Made by a program: the position numbers and the translations under genes. Shown piece by piece: positions 23,403 through 37,014 of a DNA stretch of 64,000 nucleotides; the first letter of the stretch is position 1, and every line of letters begins with the position of its first letter. The DNA lies in assembly GCF_006345805.1 (NCBI RefSeq), contig NC_043007.1:64728001-64792000 (forward strand), given 5' to 3'. Origin of the DNA: Octopus sinensis (Eukaryota). The notes below the pieces were generated by a model, which searched no databases, had not been told where the DNA came from, and worked only from the letters and a program-made list of their open reading frames with translations.

Positions 23403-25298
23403 AGTTAGTTAATTGAGAGAGGGGGTTAGTTATTTAAGCTATGTTGTAGTTCTTGCTGCCTGATGAGTTTTTCTCGTTGGTTTGCATGTTGTTGTCGTAC
23501 CAGGTGGTATTGTGTTTGTATTGACGTAACTTTATGAAATAAAGATATATGAGATATATTGAGATTGATAAATGTAGACGATATAGTTATTTAGCTCTCG
23601 GCCAAGATGACAATTATAGACATTAAATCCGTTAATTTTTTACAGGTGCTGTCTACCCCTAATTTGCTACAGTCTGCTCCATTAAATTAATATTTCCTGT
23701 TAAGATATACGAAGGCTGACATGAGTAGTATCTGCTGTTTCAGACATCTAGGTAGAGCGATCTCAGTGTAATATAGGGTACCGATGGTGAAGTATAATAT
23801 CATGCTCGGGTGTATTTGAGGGGTTGGCGGAAAAAATTGCATGCGTACTTGTGAATGAGTGTGTGTGTATCTGCGTGTGGGCGTGTATGTGTGTGTACAT
23901 TAATCCTTAAATGATAAGCGCTCTGTAAAAATAAAAAAAAACCAAAAGAAAACACCACATAATGTATTGCAATGCAGTGACTTCTCAACATACTCGAACA
24001 ACCTTTTAGCATACGGTGTTTCGTGCTTACGGAAATATATTAAGTATGTTGTCTATAATTGTATGATGTCTTAAGTATGATGTCTATAAAGTATACGGTC
24101 TATAATTTTCTTCTTATGGAAGCACGGATAAATTTACCAGTTTAAAAACTACATTTTATTTTTGCCAAAAGACTGCTTCTTGGTGTTTTAACTAAGATCA
24201 AAAATATAGTTACTAATCTGAAAAGCTTTAATCACGATGCATAAATATACTTACATCTACGTACATTCATATATGTGTATGTTTGTGTATAGTTTCTTAG
24301 ATCACAAAGAACCTGTCTGTCTGTCTATTTATCTAAATGTTGACCACTACCACTAATTGTCATCAATACCAACACAACCACCAATAACGCCAAAACCAAT
24401 ACAACCCACCAATTCCTTAATGACCAACAACTGCAACAAGATAAGCAACACTGTCTAAAATAAAGGACGTGCCATGAGATAATGCGGTACCCTAATGTAT
24501 CTAAAAAGTTGAATGAAATCTTAATCTTAGGTCAATGAGGATTGCGTTGAAACTAAAGAACATCAATAATACAATTAATTAACAAGAATAATACGAACAC
24601 CGCCACCACGTACAATACTCCACTATTACCAACATCACTAACACCAAAACCAGTACAATAACAACCACTACCCATCACGAATAACCAAGTACAACAATAA
24701 TCATATAAACGTGATAGCAATGACTGTAGCTATATATATGTTGTATGTCAACACAACGACGTATGAGTAGAGTGTGAAGTGACGTAAGTCATAGTTGTAA
24801 GGCATAAAGTGCTCATGAACCTGGTAATCTTTCAAATTACTGTAATCACACGATACTTAATCCCACCCCAGTCCTTAACCCTTTTCCATTAGCATTTCCC
24901 TTTTTACACCCATATGAATGAAACAATTGTTTTGCTCTATCAAAGCAGTTCTTTCTCTTACAACACATTTGTAGTAGATGATTTTTGATCATCGCCGCTG
25001 TTGGATATACTACAATTCAAGACGTTTGGTAAGAAACATCAAGTGGGGCTGATATTTTAAAATGGGTGGACACAGGAGAAAGCAATCAAACACATTGCCT
25101 AAACATTTAAAGCTTGCACCTCAACATTGTGAGCAATACATGGCAGTTAAAAGAAAATTAAGTGCTCTTTAACTGGTTGGATCTTATTTTGTCATTGATC
25201 TAGTGTGATGCTTAAAAATAAATAAAGCCCAAATATTTGTATGACGATCTGCAGAAGAGGAAAGTGAAGCTTGCAATGAAAAACCTTTTCTAGTAATG

Positions 25299-25355
<57 letters not shown>

Positions 25356-25700
25356 GCGTATGCACAATGCAAGTAAATGCATTCGAACAAAAACGGATGC
25401 ACACTATGCAATTCTATTTCCTTAGGTTTGGAGAAATGAACAGTACCCATAATTATGACAAGTCCAGAGACCGGCGAGAATGATGACTGATGTCATTAAC
25501 GTTTCGCTTAAATCATTGCAACTCGACGAATAGATAGGACAAATACAAAGAGGGGATTCCACTGGGATGGCATGATTGTTGAGATAGAACTGTATGTGGT
25601 GGTTAGCGTAGAATGCTGGTGAAGATAAAATTCATCAAGAGCAATGAGGGAAGGAGAAACGAGTGAGTTAAGGCCAAAAATGTATGCCTTAACATGCACG

Positions 25701-25731
<31 letters not shown>

Positions 25732-25771
25732 CTGTGTGTGTAAGAGAGAGAAAGAAAGAAAGAGAGATGAC

Positions 25772-25807
<36 letters not shown>

Positions 25808-26254
25808 AAATAGGTGAGTTAAATATACTACCAACATGCGGTGTATTGAGTATAATGCAGCAATTCATTATAATTTCAACGTATGAAAGTATTTCGTTGT
25901 GTATAAATCCTCATTTTGTTAGTTTTATGTTTCTTTACCTATCTATATACGCCCACAGGTATACATATATATATATATATAATCTATAATATTTTGCTAC
26001 GGTTTACGTATGTAACACCTTAAACAAACACCATCATGACTATGGAACGGAAACGAAAACAACTACTCGATACAAAACATATTTTGTTTGACGATTAATA
26101 AACTACGGATCGAAAATCGAAGATAAACTGACAAAATATTTATATTACATTTAAATGTTAAATAAATATTTTAAAGTGTGACATATATGCATATGAACAT
26201 CCGTCCTACGCCCACACACGTACGTTTGTATATCTATCTATAACAATATATACA

Positions 26255-27470
26255 CTGGCAGAAGTACCCGGCGCTGCCCGGGTTAAAGTTGCGTTAAAAA
26301 ATTTGATATACGAGTTTTTTACTTAATAATTATTGTGATTAGTAATTCTAACATTACTGGCATAAGAAATGCTGTGAGATCAACATCAATAATATACTTG
26401 AAATAGAAAACACAAAAGGAAGCTAGGATAAAACTTCTTTATATATAATACTAGCAATATCGCCCGGCGTTGCTCAGGTTTGTAAGGGAAATAACTATAA
26501 AGCATTTTTAGAGAGTTATAGCCAAAAAATAGCAAAAAAATGGAAAAAACTGATGGTAAATTTTTTTTTGAGAGTAAAAAAAGGTGGAGTTGCGTCCCCT
26601 AGACAGTTTGCGGTTTGTGTTTCTGGTTCTCGACCCCATGTCGAATTTATCGATTTTTTTCAGAACTGGGGGAACTTTTCAAAATTTTCGCTGCGTTAGT
26701 TTTGAATTATGACATTGGGCTATGTGTGTGTCAAGTTTCATCAGAATCGGTTGAAAGCCGTGGTCAGGGTGAGGGTACAAGAAAACAGACACACAGAAAC
26801 ACGCACAGACAAACTGCCGTTTATATAGAGAAAGATTATGAGTTTTCCCAGTAGAATACAAATGAAAAGATTTTTTGAACTACCAAAACGTGAACATTCA
26901 ACATACAATTGTCCATGAGAGAAGCAAGTCTCCTAATTGCAAACTAGTTATTGATAATGTCTGTCCTTGTCATTTGTTGATGGACATGGCAAAACTTAGT
27001 CTAAATGGAAACTTGTACTCTTTCAAATAGTACTGTTAAATCAGTAGGTTTAATGGAGTCTTAGTACTAAATAAATTCTCGCCTGCTCCATATTCAGAAG
27101 AACAGTAGCTTCTATAATATATGACATCGTTTTCTTCACAATAAGTCTTACTCCACTGCACAATTTTGGAGGATCTAAATTTCGTGGAAGCATTGTAGGT
27201 ACTCCAAGTTTCAAGTCATGTTTATGAGGAGGTAACATTGGTGAGTTTAAAAACTGAACTGGATAATTTACTAATTTTGATTGGTCAACAGTAGTGTCAT
27301 TATATCTGTATGACTGGCAATTTCCAGGAAGGCACATTAAGAGATCAAAGTTTATTGCGTTCACTAATACATTTTTCGGGACCAGAATTGCCCTTTCACA
27401 TCTGTAATATCTATGTTGTGCACTGAGATTTGAAAAGACTTTGTTAACAGGTTCTTTCTCTGATTTCACC
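26255..27470 (-). mobile_element. 3' portion of autonomous-type Helitron (PIF1-like helicase remnant plus 3' terminus)
   Basis: RAILVPKN...YPVQFLNS..LPPH...LKLGVPTMLPRNLDPPKLCSGVRLIVK; then FAMSINK*QGQT (motif V), SHGQLYVECSR (motif VI) and GKTHN|IIYKEVLS*. The 3' hairpin ACCCGG/CCGGGT (26266-26283) precedes CCAG (decayed CTAG) at 26255. Confidence 0.88.
26451..26835 (-). mobile_element. Complete 385-bp non-autonomous Helitron
   Basis: On the minus strand it begins TC (26835-34) and ends CTAG (26454-51) with a GC-rich hairpin just upstream. It sits between A and T with no TSD. Confidence 0.88.
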
Positions 27471-27537
27471 AGTGTGTAAATATATATATATATATATATA
27501 TAGATATAAATATATAGATATTTGAGAGAGAGGGAGG

Positions 27538-27581
<44 letters not shown>

Positions 27582-27672
27582 AGTGAGTATCTCTGATGTC
27601 ATTTCGCTGCCATGTGTAGCTATGCCGCTGACCATGTAGAAGGTATTTCCCGTCCCTTCACAGTAAGTCAAT

Positions 27673-28815
27673 TAACAAGAGATAAAGGGGTGAATAACCT
27701 CCTAACACACTAGCAACAGCATGTCACACACCTACTGCATTAACGTCCATTTATTTTTCGGAAATAACTAAAACTAATAGTCGAGTCAAATTTTCGGCGG
27801 ACGTCAGCGATAGGTGGCTCACATAAATTGGACGGGGATTTTTGAGACTTTTATTTTCACTTCACGGAGCCCTTGGAAATAACCTGGAGCATCTTTTCAA
27901 CAAATGATTTTTTTCGAAAAATTGTTTTTTATAACCCCCACTCTCCCCCTCTCCAGACCGATTTTGGTCTATATTTTGGATACTACGCACGATGACTGGG
28001 TGCGAAGGGGCAGTACGTACCCAAAAATTATATGAGAAGCCTTTTCGGTAAAAAAAAAAAAATATTTCAGATGGAAAGATGCGTGATTAAAGTGAGATGT
28101 GGCTGTTGTTTCTAGCATATCCCATGACCAGTAAGGTTTAGGGTTAATAAAAATCATAAACTCTCAAAAATGTTTTTTAATAGTATAAATAAGTTTATGC
28201 TATTAATGGGGGAAAATATGGAAAAATATCAATATTTGTCAGAGTGACAAAGAAACGAAGAAGGTGATCATGGGATATGCTAGAAACAACAGCCAAATCT
28301 TCCTTTAATCACATCTTTTCGTCTGAAAATGTTTACTTTTTTTCTACCGTAAAGGCTTCTACTATAGTTTTTAAGTGCATAGTCCCCCCCCCCCAAATCA
28401 TCGTGCGTAGTGTCCACAAAATCGACCAAATTCGGTTTGGAGAGGGGAAGATTGGGAAGGGAAGGGGTAAAAACATTTCCGAAAAAATTTTGCTCCAGAT
28501 TATTTCCGAGGTCACTGTGAAAAAAAAAAAAAAAATAAATACATAAAATCTGAAAAATCAGAAAAATTCCAACTTATGTGCGCCACCTGTCGCTGACGTC
28601 CGCCAAATTTTCGTTGAATGAGGACTATCTCTTGTCTCAAAAGAATATAGGTCCAAATTTGAGGACAACCTACAGCTGAGTCTAAGGACCTTTCTTACCA
28701 AGTTTGAACATGATTGGTTAACTGGTTTTTGAGTGCATTGGTAACAAACAGACAAACAAGCGCATTCTCACTTGATGACATCATACACTTGCTGGCTTCC
28801 GGTATGCGGAGTTCT
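27673..28815 (+). mobile_element. Non-autonomous Helentron-like (HINE-type) element with long internal inverted repeats
   Basis: Arms ~27790-28130 and ~28265-28610 are inverted copies, including a perfect 27-bp match (28101-28127 / 28268-28294). (CAAA/CAGA) microsatellite and short hairpin lie near the 3' end. Confidence 0.5.
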
Positions 28816-28855
28816 CAACTGGTAGCACTTGCATGTGCAAGTTGTTTGCAGGACA

Positions 28856-29025
<170 letters not shown>

Positions 29026-30437
29026 GATACACACACACACACACACATTTGTTTGGTTTATTTTCTTTTAATCTTCAGTTCTGTGGTGTGGGACTGTGGG
29101 TTCAAGTCCAGCCATCTGCACTTTTCTCTGAGTAAGAAAATATAGTGCTGCGTATTACGGTATTTTTGTGTTACCAACGTTGTACTGTAGAAGGATAATG
29201 TTACAGATGGATTGTGTCCTAATTCCATTGTTAAGTTTGTTTAAAATATTAGATATTTTCGTTATTTCTACACAATTTCAGTAGTTTTAATTTTGATCAA
29301 TTTTATGTAACTCGTTCTAGAGTGCTTTCTAGAAAAGAGAAGTGTATAACAAAGACTGTAGTTTTCAAAGCCGTTCTCTACCATGGCTACACATACTGTA
29401 CTATCTTTTGGGATTTTACACTATCTACAGAATCAAAGGCACCAGGAAAAATTTGAAAATATGTATGTCATGGCACTGAAACAACTTTCAGCATTATTAT
29501 AGTAATCAAAATAACCTTGGAATCTTCACGCATATTGCTAGTATCATAATTTGTAAGGAGTTCATAAACAAAATCCATAGTACCCAATATCTTGTGAAGA
29601 GTGAATATATTTATAATAGCATAGTACATAAATATTACAACATTTAGTTGCACCCAATCTGCGTTCTGTGCTAAAATCCTGCAGAGATGGACTTTACATT
29701 TCCTCTATAGAATGTTAATTTTCAAATTTATATTTGAGGGCGATTTTTGTTAAAAGTGAAAAGCTGTCATATATTATGGCATGTACGGTAAGTCTCCTAT
29801 GGATGTCAATTAGATTAGTAATATTTATTTGCTCGATCCTGATGATAGGAAATAATGTTCAAGTTTTTCATTGAGTTTAAACGGATAGGAAGTATTGTCT
29901 TCAATTTTTTTCAATGTTTTACTCGTTCGAATGAAATAAAATATCAAATGACAGTGAAACACAGAATGGTTATCAAGGAGTAAAGCACTGATGAGTAAGT
30001 TTGTAATATTCTAGCAGAAAAATATTTGGAAAAGCAGATAAACTTTTACTACAATTTTATTCGTTTTAAAAAGGCTTTTGACCATTTGTGGCACGAAGAA
30101 CGATGGTTTATTATGAGAAAATATAGCTTTGCCTTTCATCTCACCGGGAAGGATAAAATGAATACTGGTGTAGTACTGGAATCGATGTAACTACTGGATT
30201 TCTCTCCTTTAAATTGCTAGCTTTGTGCCTAAATTATGAATCATGAGAAAGTATAATACTTTTGGTAAATATATCGTTATATTAACATGTTAGGTGTCTG
30301 ATTTTTGTTAGAAACTCACCAACCAACCAACAGTTGGTATCATACAACAATGTCTTTTTTTTACATAGCCTTTTCAATGTTTTCAAGATTGCGCTTTGAA
30401 GAAACGCCTTGAATATTTTGAAAGAATTATTAAAGTA

Positions 30438-31470
30438 TGAGAGTGGACTGAAAAATCCTTAGGCTGACTATGAAGGAATGATGCTAGAGTTGTGAAATTT
30501 TGCATGCATAAATTTCAGTTTTTCTTATTAATAACTCTATTGTTTCTTTCCAAGTAAACTGATATCTGACTGTTAAAAGAAGACTTCAGAAGTAATTAGT
30601 AGCGACCTCTCATGAAAGTGGAAAAAATTTAGCAACGTGGTGTTATCAAGTACCTGCAGAAAAAAAGGTTTAGCTTCCAAGGACATTCATGCCGACATGC
30701 TTGCTACATTAGGGGATGGTGCTACAGCTTTATCAACTGTGAAAAAGTGGACAGCTGAATTTAGGAGGGGAATGGAGTCTTGAAGATGACCCGAGGTATC
30801 GACGTCCTGCAGCGATCACCACTGAGGAAAACATTGAGTGCATTCACCTCATGGATATGGATGAGAGGCAACTGACTATAAATCAAATAGCCAATGCTAT
30901 CAGCATATGCCAAGAGAGAGTTGAAAATACTCTGCACAATGAACTTGGCATGACGAAGGTTTCTGCTCATTGGATGCCATATCTTCTGATACCTGATCAA
31001 GAGCACACCGGGCTGATCACATCACGGAAAAATCTGATATTATTTGAGGTAGATTCAGCTGGTTTTATTGAACATTTCCTAAGCCGGGATGAGTATTAGG
31101 TTCATCACTTTGAACCAAAGACAAAGAGATAATCTATGCAGTGGAAACACCCTTCCTTACCTGCTCCAAAGAAGGCCAAGATCACTTAATCTGCACGGAA
31201 GGTGACGGTATCGGTTTTTTTGGGGGATGCAAAAGGCATTGTGCTTACTGACTATCTTCAAAAGACCACATCATCAATGGAGAGTACTATGCCAACTTCC
31301 TGATGCAATTACAAAAAGCTATCAAGAGCAAACGCCCAGAAAAACTGACGAAAGGGGTATTGTTTCATCAGGACAATACTCCAGTATGCAAATCCTTTAT
31401 TTCAATGGCTGCAGTGCGTGACTGTGTCTTTGAACTAGTTGATGAACTTCTGTATTCCATCTAACTATCA
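30438..31470 (+). mobile_element. Decayed mariner (Tc1/mariner) transposon
   Basis: TA followed by TIR-like TGAGAGTGGACTGAAAAATCC. Transposase remnants: TVKKWTAEFRRG, RQLTINQIANAISI, LGMTKVSAHWMPYLL (WVPHxL), HHFEPKTK, QWKHP, FHQDN. Interrupted by a SINE at 31476. Confidence 0.88.
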
Positions 31471-31475
31471 TCTAG

Positions 31476-31570
31476 CAAGTCGACCTCGGCGAATTTGAAC
31501 GTAGAACGTAAAGACGGACGAAATGCCACCAAGCAATTTGCCCGTCGTGGTAATGATTCTGCCAGCTCAC
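31476..31570 (-). mobile_element. 5' half of tRNA-derived SINE
   Basis: AAGTCGACCTCGGCGAATTTGAACGTAGAACG...GATTCTGCCAGCTC is the reverse complement of the SINE head. Confidence 0.75.
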
Positions 31571-31689
31571 AGAAAAAAATAAACCTCATTTGGAAACACT
31601 CTATGAAAGTATAAAAAATAAGTAGGGAATGTAGTCTATGAAGTTTTCATCCGACCCTCGTAGGAGATAGAATTGTCAGTGTCTTCGAA

Positions 31690-32290
31690 TTGCTTATGAT
31701 ATTGACAAAATGAAGAAGTAATAGATCTAACAACGTGTTGATACAAAATTTGTAATGGAAATAAGTGTCAAAAAACGGAAATGATGTACAATAACTAAAA
31801 AATTGTCAGTTCAATTAAAGTAGCAGTGAAATCCCCTCAAAGAAGATGAATTAAAATATTTGGAAAGAGCAATAACGAAAAATGAGATCAAAGACAAGTA
31901 AAATGCCGGATTGCAGCAGCTACAGTTGCTTTGGCAAAATTCCAACTGCATTTTATGGATGTGAACCATGACATTGGATACTGAAAGCGAGAAAAAGATG
32001 ATGCCTTTAAAACAAAATGTTTTAGAGAGTATGTACAGAACATCGAACTTAAGAGAGATTTTATCGAAATAAATAATTCGGAAAAATGCGTGTCACGGAA
32101 CTTTTCTATCAGTTATCAAAATGTAGAAAATGGTGTTGGTTGTAACACAACGCTATGATACTCTTACTGTCGCAAATATGTTCATGCACAGAAGAACTAC
32201 GAAGTTGTCGAGCTACATCATAAGACGGAAACAAGGAAGAAGATAATATGGAAGGCGGTTGTGCCTCTTGTTGTGCACCATGATCTACAA
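31690..32290 (+). mobile_element. Highly decayed RTE-like LINE 3' fragment
   Basis: LYGCEP and DAFKTKCFRE-like remnants resemble the LLYGCE.W...AFE.KC.RR region downstream of the RT domain. Confidence 0.4.
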
Positions 32291-32355
32291 AGTTTATGAA
32301 TTTTGATTAACATCTCTACAGCAATTTATTTTCCCTTCTTGTAAACAATAATGAA

Positions 32356-32416
32356 ATGTTGGAATACCACTGAAGACTTCGTGGTAATCCAACATTTTAT
32401 GTTGGATTACCACGAA
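32356..32416. repeat. Perfect 18-bp hairpin plus a third diverged direct copy
   Basis: TTCGTGGTAATCCAACAT (32378-95) / TTT / ATGTTGGATTACCACGAA (32399-416). Upstream ATGTTGGAATACCACTGAA resembles the right arm. Confidence 0.9.
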
Positions 32417-32588
32417 CATGTCTGTCTGGCGCAGCCTGTCCCTATTTACCATGTGAAATAAAATGGTTCGGCTGACTATGGAATTTACATCTCTGACGTT
32501 ACTTGTCTAACACGTACTATCACTCAACGGCAACCGATAGCCCTACTCATGAAATAATAAGTTGCGAAAAAGAGGGAAGGAGGAATAG

Positions 32589-32664
<76 letters not shown>

Positions 32665-32793
32665 CCTGTCTTGAAAAAAGTTGTGATACTGAGTGACAAA
32701 AAAATTTTGCAAATTTAACGTTTATTAGTCCTTGCTCTTGGCGTCTCATAATCCAGGAACTCAAACAAAACATCCCCGACTGCTTCTGTTGTT

Positions 32794-32862
<69 letters not shown>

Positions 32863-33269
32863 ACAAAAACAAAACTTCGTTTTTATCCCTTTATATAGAT
32901 GAAGTCTAATACAGTTGTGAAATGTGGGGGTGGGGATTCCTCTAAAATTTGAGAAATACAAAAATTAGAAGTTATTTAAAAACATTAAAAACGAGCGGAG
33001 ACTCTCAGAAAAACAGCTACACTTAATGGAAATCCTGGGCGGGGCTGGGTGGAATAAATAAAAAGACGTTATTTCCTGGAATGTAGCAGAAGCGAAACCA
33101 AAGAACCAGCTTTCGGTGCTATAATATCAAACATGGGCATACAGCCACAGACTTTTGATAAATCCATTAAATCGAACACACCACTTCATTGGTTTTTATT
33201 TTATTGCATGTATGATTCTGTATGTGTACATATACGTGTCTTTGCATGTCTATAAGTGTATATATGTAT

Positions 33270-35420
33270 CTTCAATTGGCTTAAATGTCTGGAAAATGTT
33301 ACATATTTTCGCCGTTCCATTCATAGCTTGCAATCATAATTTTTCATTGTAAGTGCACTTTCTGTTTCTGTGAAGCCTAGCTTCTTAAGACTGTGCTGAA
33401 GCATTTACATAAATAAGTGCTCTGAGCAACATTGGTAGAAATCTAAAGTTATGATATAGGTGTAATATTTTCAGAATTCTGATTAGTTCGACATAGATGT
33501 TTCCTTTTTTCATTTATTTTAAATACTGTGTCTACTGGAGAATTGATATCTATTACTTTTCTGGAGTGGAAAACATAGCCTTCAAAGTAGGAGCCAATAT
33601 GCCATACTATATCATACCATGGGCTTTTAACTCCTTGATAGAGTCATAGGCATGTAATCAAGACATATTGGTGTCATGGCATTTTAAACCTGGCTGAGCC
33701 CACCTCTCATCAGTCAATCTCTTCCAGAAGGAAAGAAGCAGATAGAAAACGAGAGTAAGAAAACAGGAAAAGGAATGGACTCTAGTCTATAAAGTGCTGT
33801 TGTTATATTTATCGATCCCAAAAGAATGATAGGCGAAGTTGACGTTATTTGAACTCAGTGCAAAGCGAGTTGGAACATAACACAAAACTATCTATTCGAT
33901 GCTCTAACGACTCTGTCAATTGCAATTGACTACCTAAGCACTAATGTGTTAGGTATTTTTTAAGAGAGACAACTCAAATTATTTATTACTGCCACTCAGT
34001 AGTTTTCTAACTTCATAGATGCACATGAAATATTGATTTGCAGAAAGTCTTTGATTAGATGTTCTTTTGCAACAAAGCTGTGTAAGGGCAACGTGGATGT
34101 GTATCCCTTATTACCAGTGAGGAAAATACTTCGTGACAAGCTGTCTTCCAGCACTCACCAAGGTTATTTGCATAAAGATGCATTTGACGCTTAGTGGTCA
34201 GTAAATACTGTCGAAGGGATATGATGCGATATTAAACATCTTCCTCTTTTTGTTTTTAAAGGTAGAAGCAGTTAATATTATTGTTATTGTCGTTAATAGT
34301 TTTCGGCCATATATGTAAGGTGCTTTCCAGAAAGTTTGAAAAGACGCTTGGTGACAGTGACGAAATAGCTGGACTCATTCCCTCCAATCCAAGAGCACTT
34401 GAGTGCTGAAAGAGTGCCCAATAGAAGTATGCTGGCTCCTCCAGACTCAAGAAGGCCCATCAAAGCAAGCCCACCGGGAAGACCATGATGATCTCCTTTT
34501 TCGATAGTAAGAGCATCATCTACATTTACTGGGTTCCCTCTGGCCTGACGGTCAACAAAGAGTACTTTGTGGAGATTTTGAGGGAGTTCAGGAAGAAATT
34601 TTTTTCTACTCGGATCGGCGTTACCTGCACCAAGACAATGCACCAGTCCATTCTGGTAATCAAATACCTTACAAAGATGGTCATCAAAACTGCTGTCACC
34701 CTCCCTACAATCTAGAACTTGCTTCCTGTGACGTTTGGTTGTTCCCCAAGCTGAAAGAGAACCTGAGGAACAGTTGTTTTGAGAATGAAAGAGGTTGTGA
34801 CAAGGGTCCCGTACACCTTCATTTTGGAGGACTTCTACGGGGTCTTCACGAATTGGTTGGAGTGCTACAACAAGTGCATTGAAGCGAGAGGATCTTATTT
34901 GAAATAGATTAGGTTTATACTTTGAATTTAATGTGACACTCCTGAAAAAGTCTAAAAACTTATGGAATGCACCTTGAAATATCATTAGCCCACATCTCGT
35001 CCACCGTCTAAACGAGTAACTCAAATGTTGGTATAATTACTGGTTTTACAATCACATTGTGAGCAGCTGATTAATTATTTGCAAAGAGCTCTGAGAACTA
35101 AATTCATTATTTGGGTTTTATATTCTCTGGTTACACGTTTTACCATAGGACATATTTTCATCCCTAAGTATCTGTATCATCCAGTCGGATATTGGTGTAG
35201 TTGATGCTATTAAAAGAGATGTTGCTAGACTGGCCTGCAGTTTTACAACCAGATAGGAGTATTTATTCTGGCCAAAATTCCATATCAATATTCTTTGAGA
35301 ATATCGTAACCTAGTCAAGACTCTTCTTCATATCATTCATATTGTTGGCTTATATTTCCAAGTTGCTCAAAGATTCTAACTCCTTGTGAGATAATTGCGT
35401 ATCCTATAGATTTTCTCAAC
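33270..35420 (-). mobile_element. Possible very old R4/Dong-like LINE RT remnant, interrupted by a SINE and a mariner derivative
   Basis: Weak by-eye resemblance only: WNFGQNKYSYL..KL.ASL...ISDW and KELKAHGMI...SMAYWL (compare GCKEQLIID...SMAWIDY.KAFDS). Confidence 0.3.
34317..34975 (+). mobile_element. Internally deleted mariner element with both TIRs
   Basis: TIRs AAGGTGCTTTCCAGAAAGTTT / AAACTTATGGAATGCACCTT. Remnants include GKTMMISFFDSKSIIYIYWVPSGLTVNKEYFVEILREFRK, HQDNAP and PPYNLELASCDVWLFPKLKE. Confidence 0.85.
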
Positions 35421-36914
35421 AAAAAATGATAATGGGCTCACTGCAAGTATAATAAGCATCAGAGAGCTAAAGAGAGATAGAGATAGAGAGAGTGTATGTT
35501 TTCTCAAAATATATATTTGCGATTCTGTATCCTATCAATGAAAATACTCCTGTATTTAACGTTACGGTGTTGGTAGCTCACGGTGTTGGTAGCATTCATG
35601 CATGCATGCATATATGTATGTTGCATGTATGTGTGCATGAATTCGTGCATTTCTACATATATGTCTTTGTGCCTATTTGTACATTAGTGTAAATATGCAT
35701 ATGTATGTATATATTTTATGATTTGTGTGTATACACAACAAATACACACATGCACATACATACCTGTGTATGTGTGTGTGCGTGTGTGTATTTGTAAAGA
35801 TCTAATTATAAGTGTTTCTATTAGAAGACAAAGTTTGCTAAACAAAACAGCCACTGAAAGTAGTAGAACAGGATTAGTTTAAAACAAAAAAAGTAGTATT
35901 ACTAGTTGCAGTAGTAGTGGTAATAATAGCAAAGAGTGGATAGAAAGAAAGAAGAAAGGAGATGATTACTGAGAAAATGTAGTGAAAAAAGGAAAAAAAA
36001 TCAAACATTAATGGCGTGAGCAAGATCAAAGGAATGAAAAATAATCAAGAAGAAATAAATAAATAAATAAAATAAAATGAAATGGTGCAAGGATAAAATG
36101 TAGTAAAGTACAACCATAAAATAAACGAAAAAAGAAACTAACAATAACAACTGCAGCAGCAGCAACAGTAGAGAAGGAATGAATGAAAAAAACAAAACAA
36201 AACAGCCATAACAATAACAAGCACAATGCACTAGTGAAAGACTTGAGTAGTAACAGATTTAAATCAATCAGTCGCTCGATAGATCGATCGATTGATTGAT
36301 ATATACATAGACTCATGGCACCGACTACTCCAGTTGCCTTAGCATAAATGACCAATTGTAACAACTGTGTGATGAGAAGCAGCTTCTCTAATTTTATCAT
36401 TCCAAGCATTTTATCATTCTAATTATTCTAATCAGCTTGAATTAAATAATTAAATAATCTTCAAATTCAAAATTATTAAATTAGCGTTTACCCCATGCTT
36501 AGTTGATGAGATTATATAAGAACGAAACATAGTTGCCACGGTGCTGCCAAATATCATATCTACTTCTCGCTGCATTATATATTCAATTAATTTTAATTAA
36601 ACCGTTGGGTTTGCCTTTCCTACTTACTTTTGCTAGTGTTAGTCATTTGGATATTTCCACCCTTCAACTTTTTGTTTTCATTTGCTTCACCTAGTGAAAG
36701 GGACATTGCTCAAGACTTTTTCTGGCACACCGAAACAGGTGTGGGCTCCATGGCATTTATGCTCGATTTCAAATGTCGCAGGACAACACCTGCAAAAACG
36801 AACAGGACAACGCCCATCGAGGCATAAATGCAACTAGCATTTACTCACGGTTAACCACATACCAGGACAAAGTTTGTCGCCACCGATATAGCAAAAGATA
36901 TGAGCTCGCGAGTG

Positions 36915-37014
<100 letters not shown>

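Noticed and set aside
29330-29653. Minus-strand ORF with LLTNYD resembling the start of a Cys-loop or chemotactile receptor ectodomain
   Set aside because: Similarity is limited to a few residues; stops follow and no Cys-loop or WxD motif was found.
36497-36540. TTGATGAG...C-GAAA-CATAG-TT and, at 45245-45285 (minus), GAGAC...GTCTC-GAAA-CATG as decayed hammerheads
   Set aside because: The core is mutated or absent and stem I does not pair; indistinguishable from chance without a family consensus.
36862-36903. Possible minus-strand exon LISFAISVATNFVL ending at CTG|GTATGT after a (CT)n tract
   Set aside because: Too short to identify; the polypyrimidine tract is just a microsatellite.
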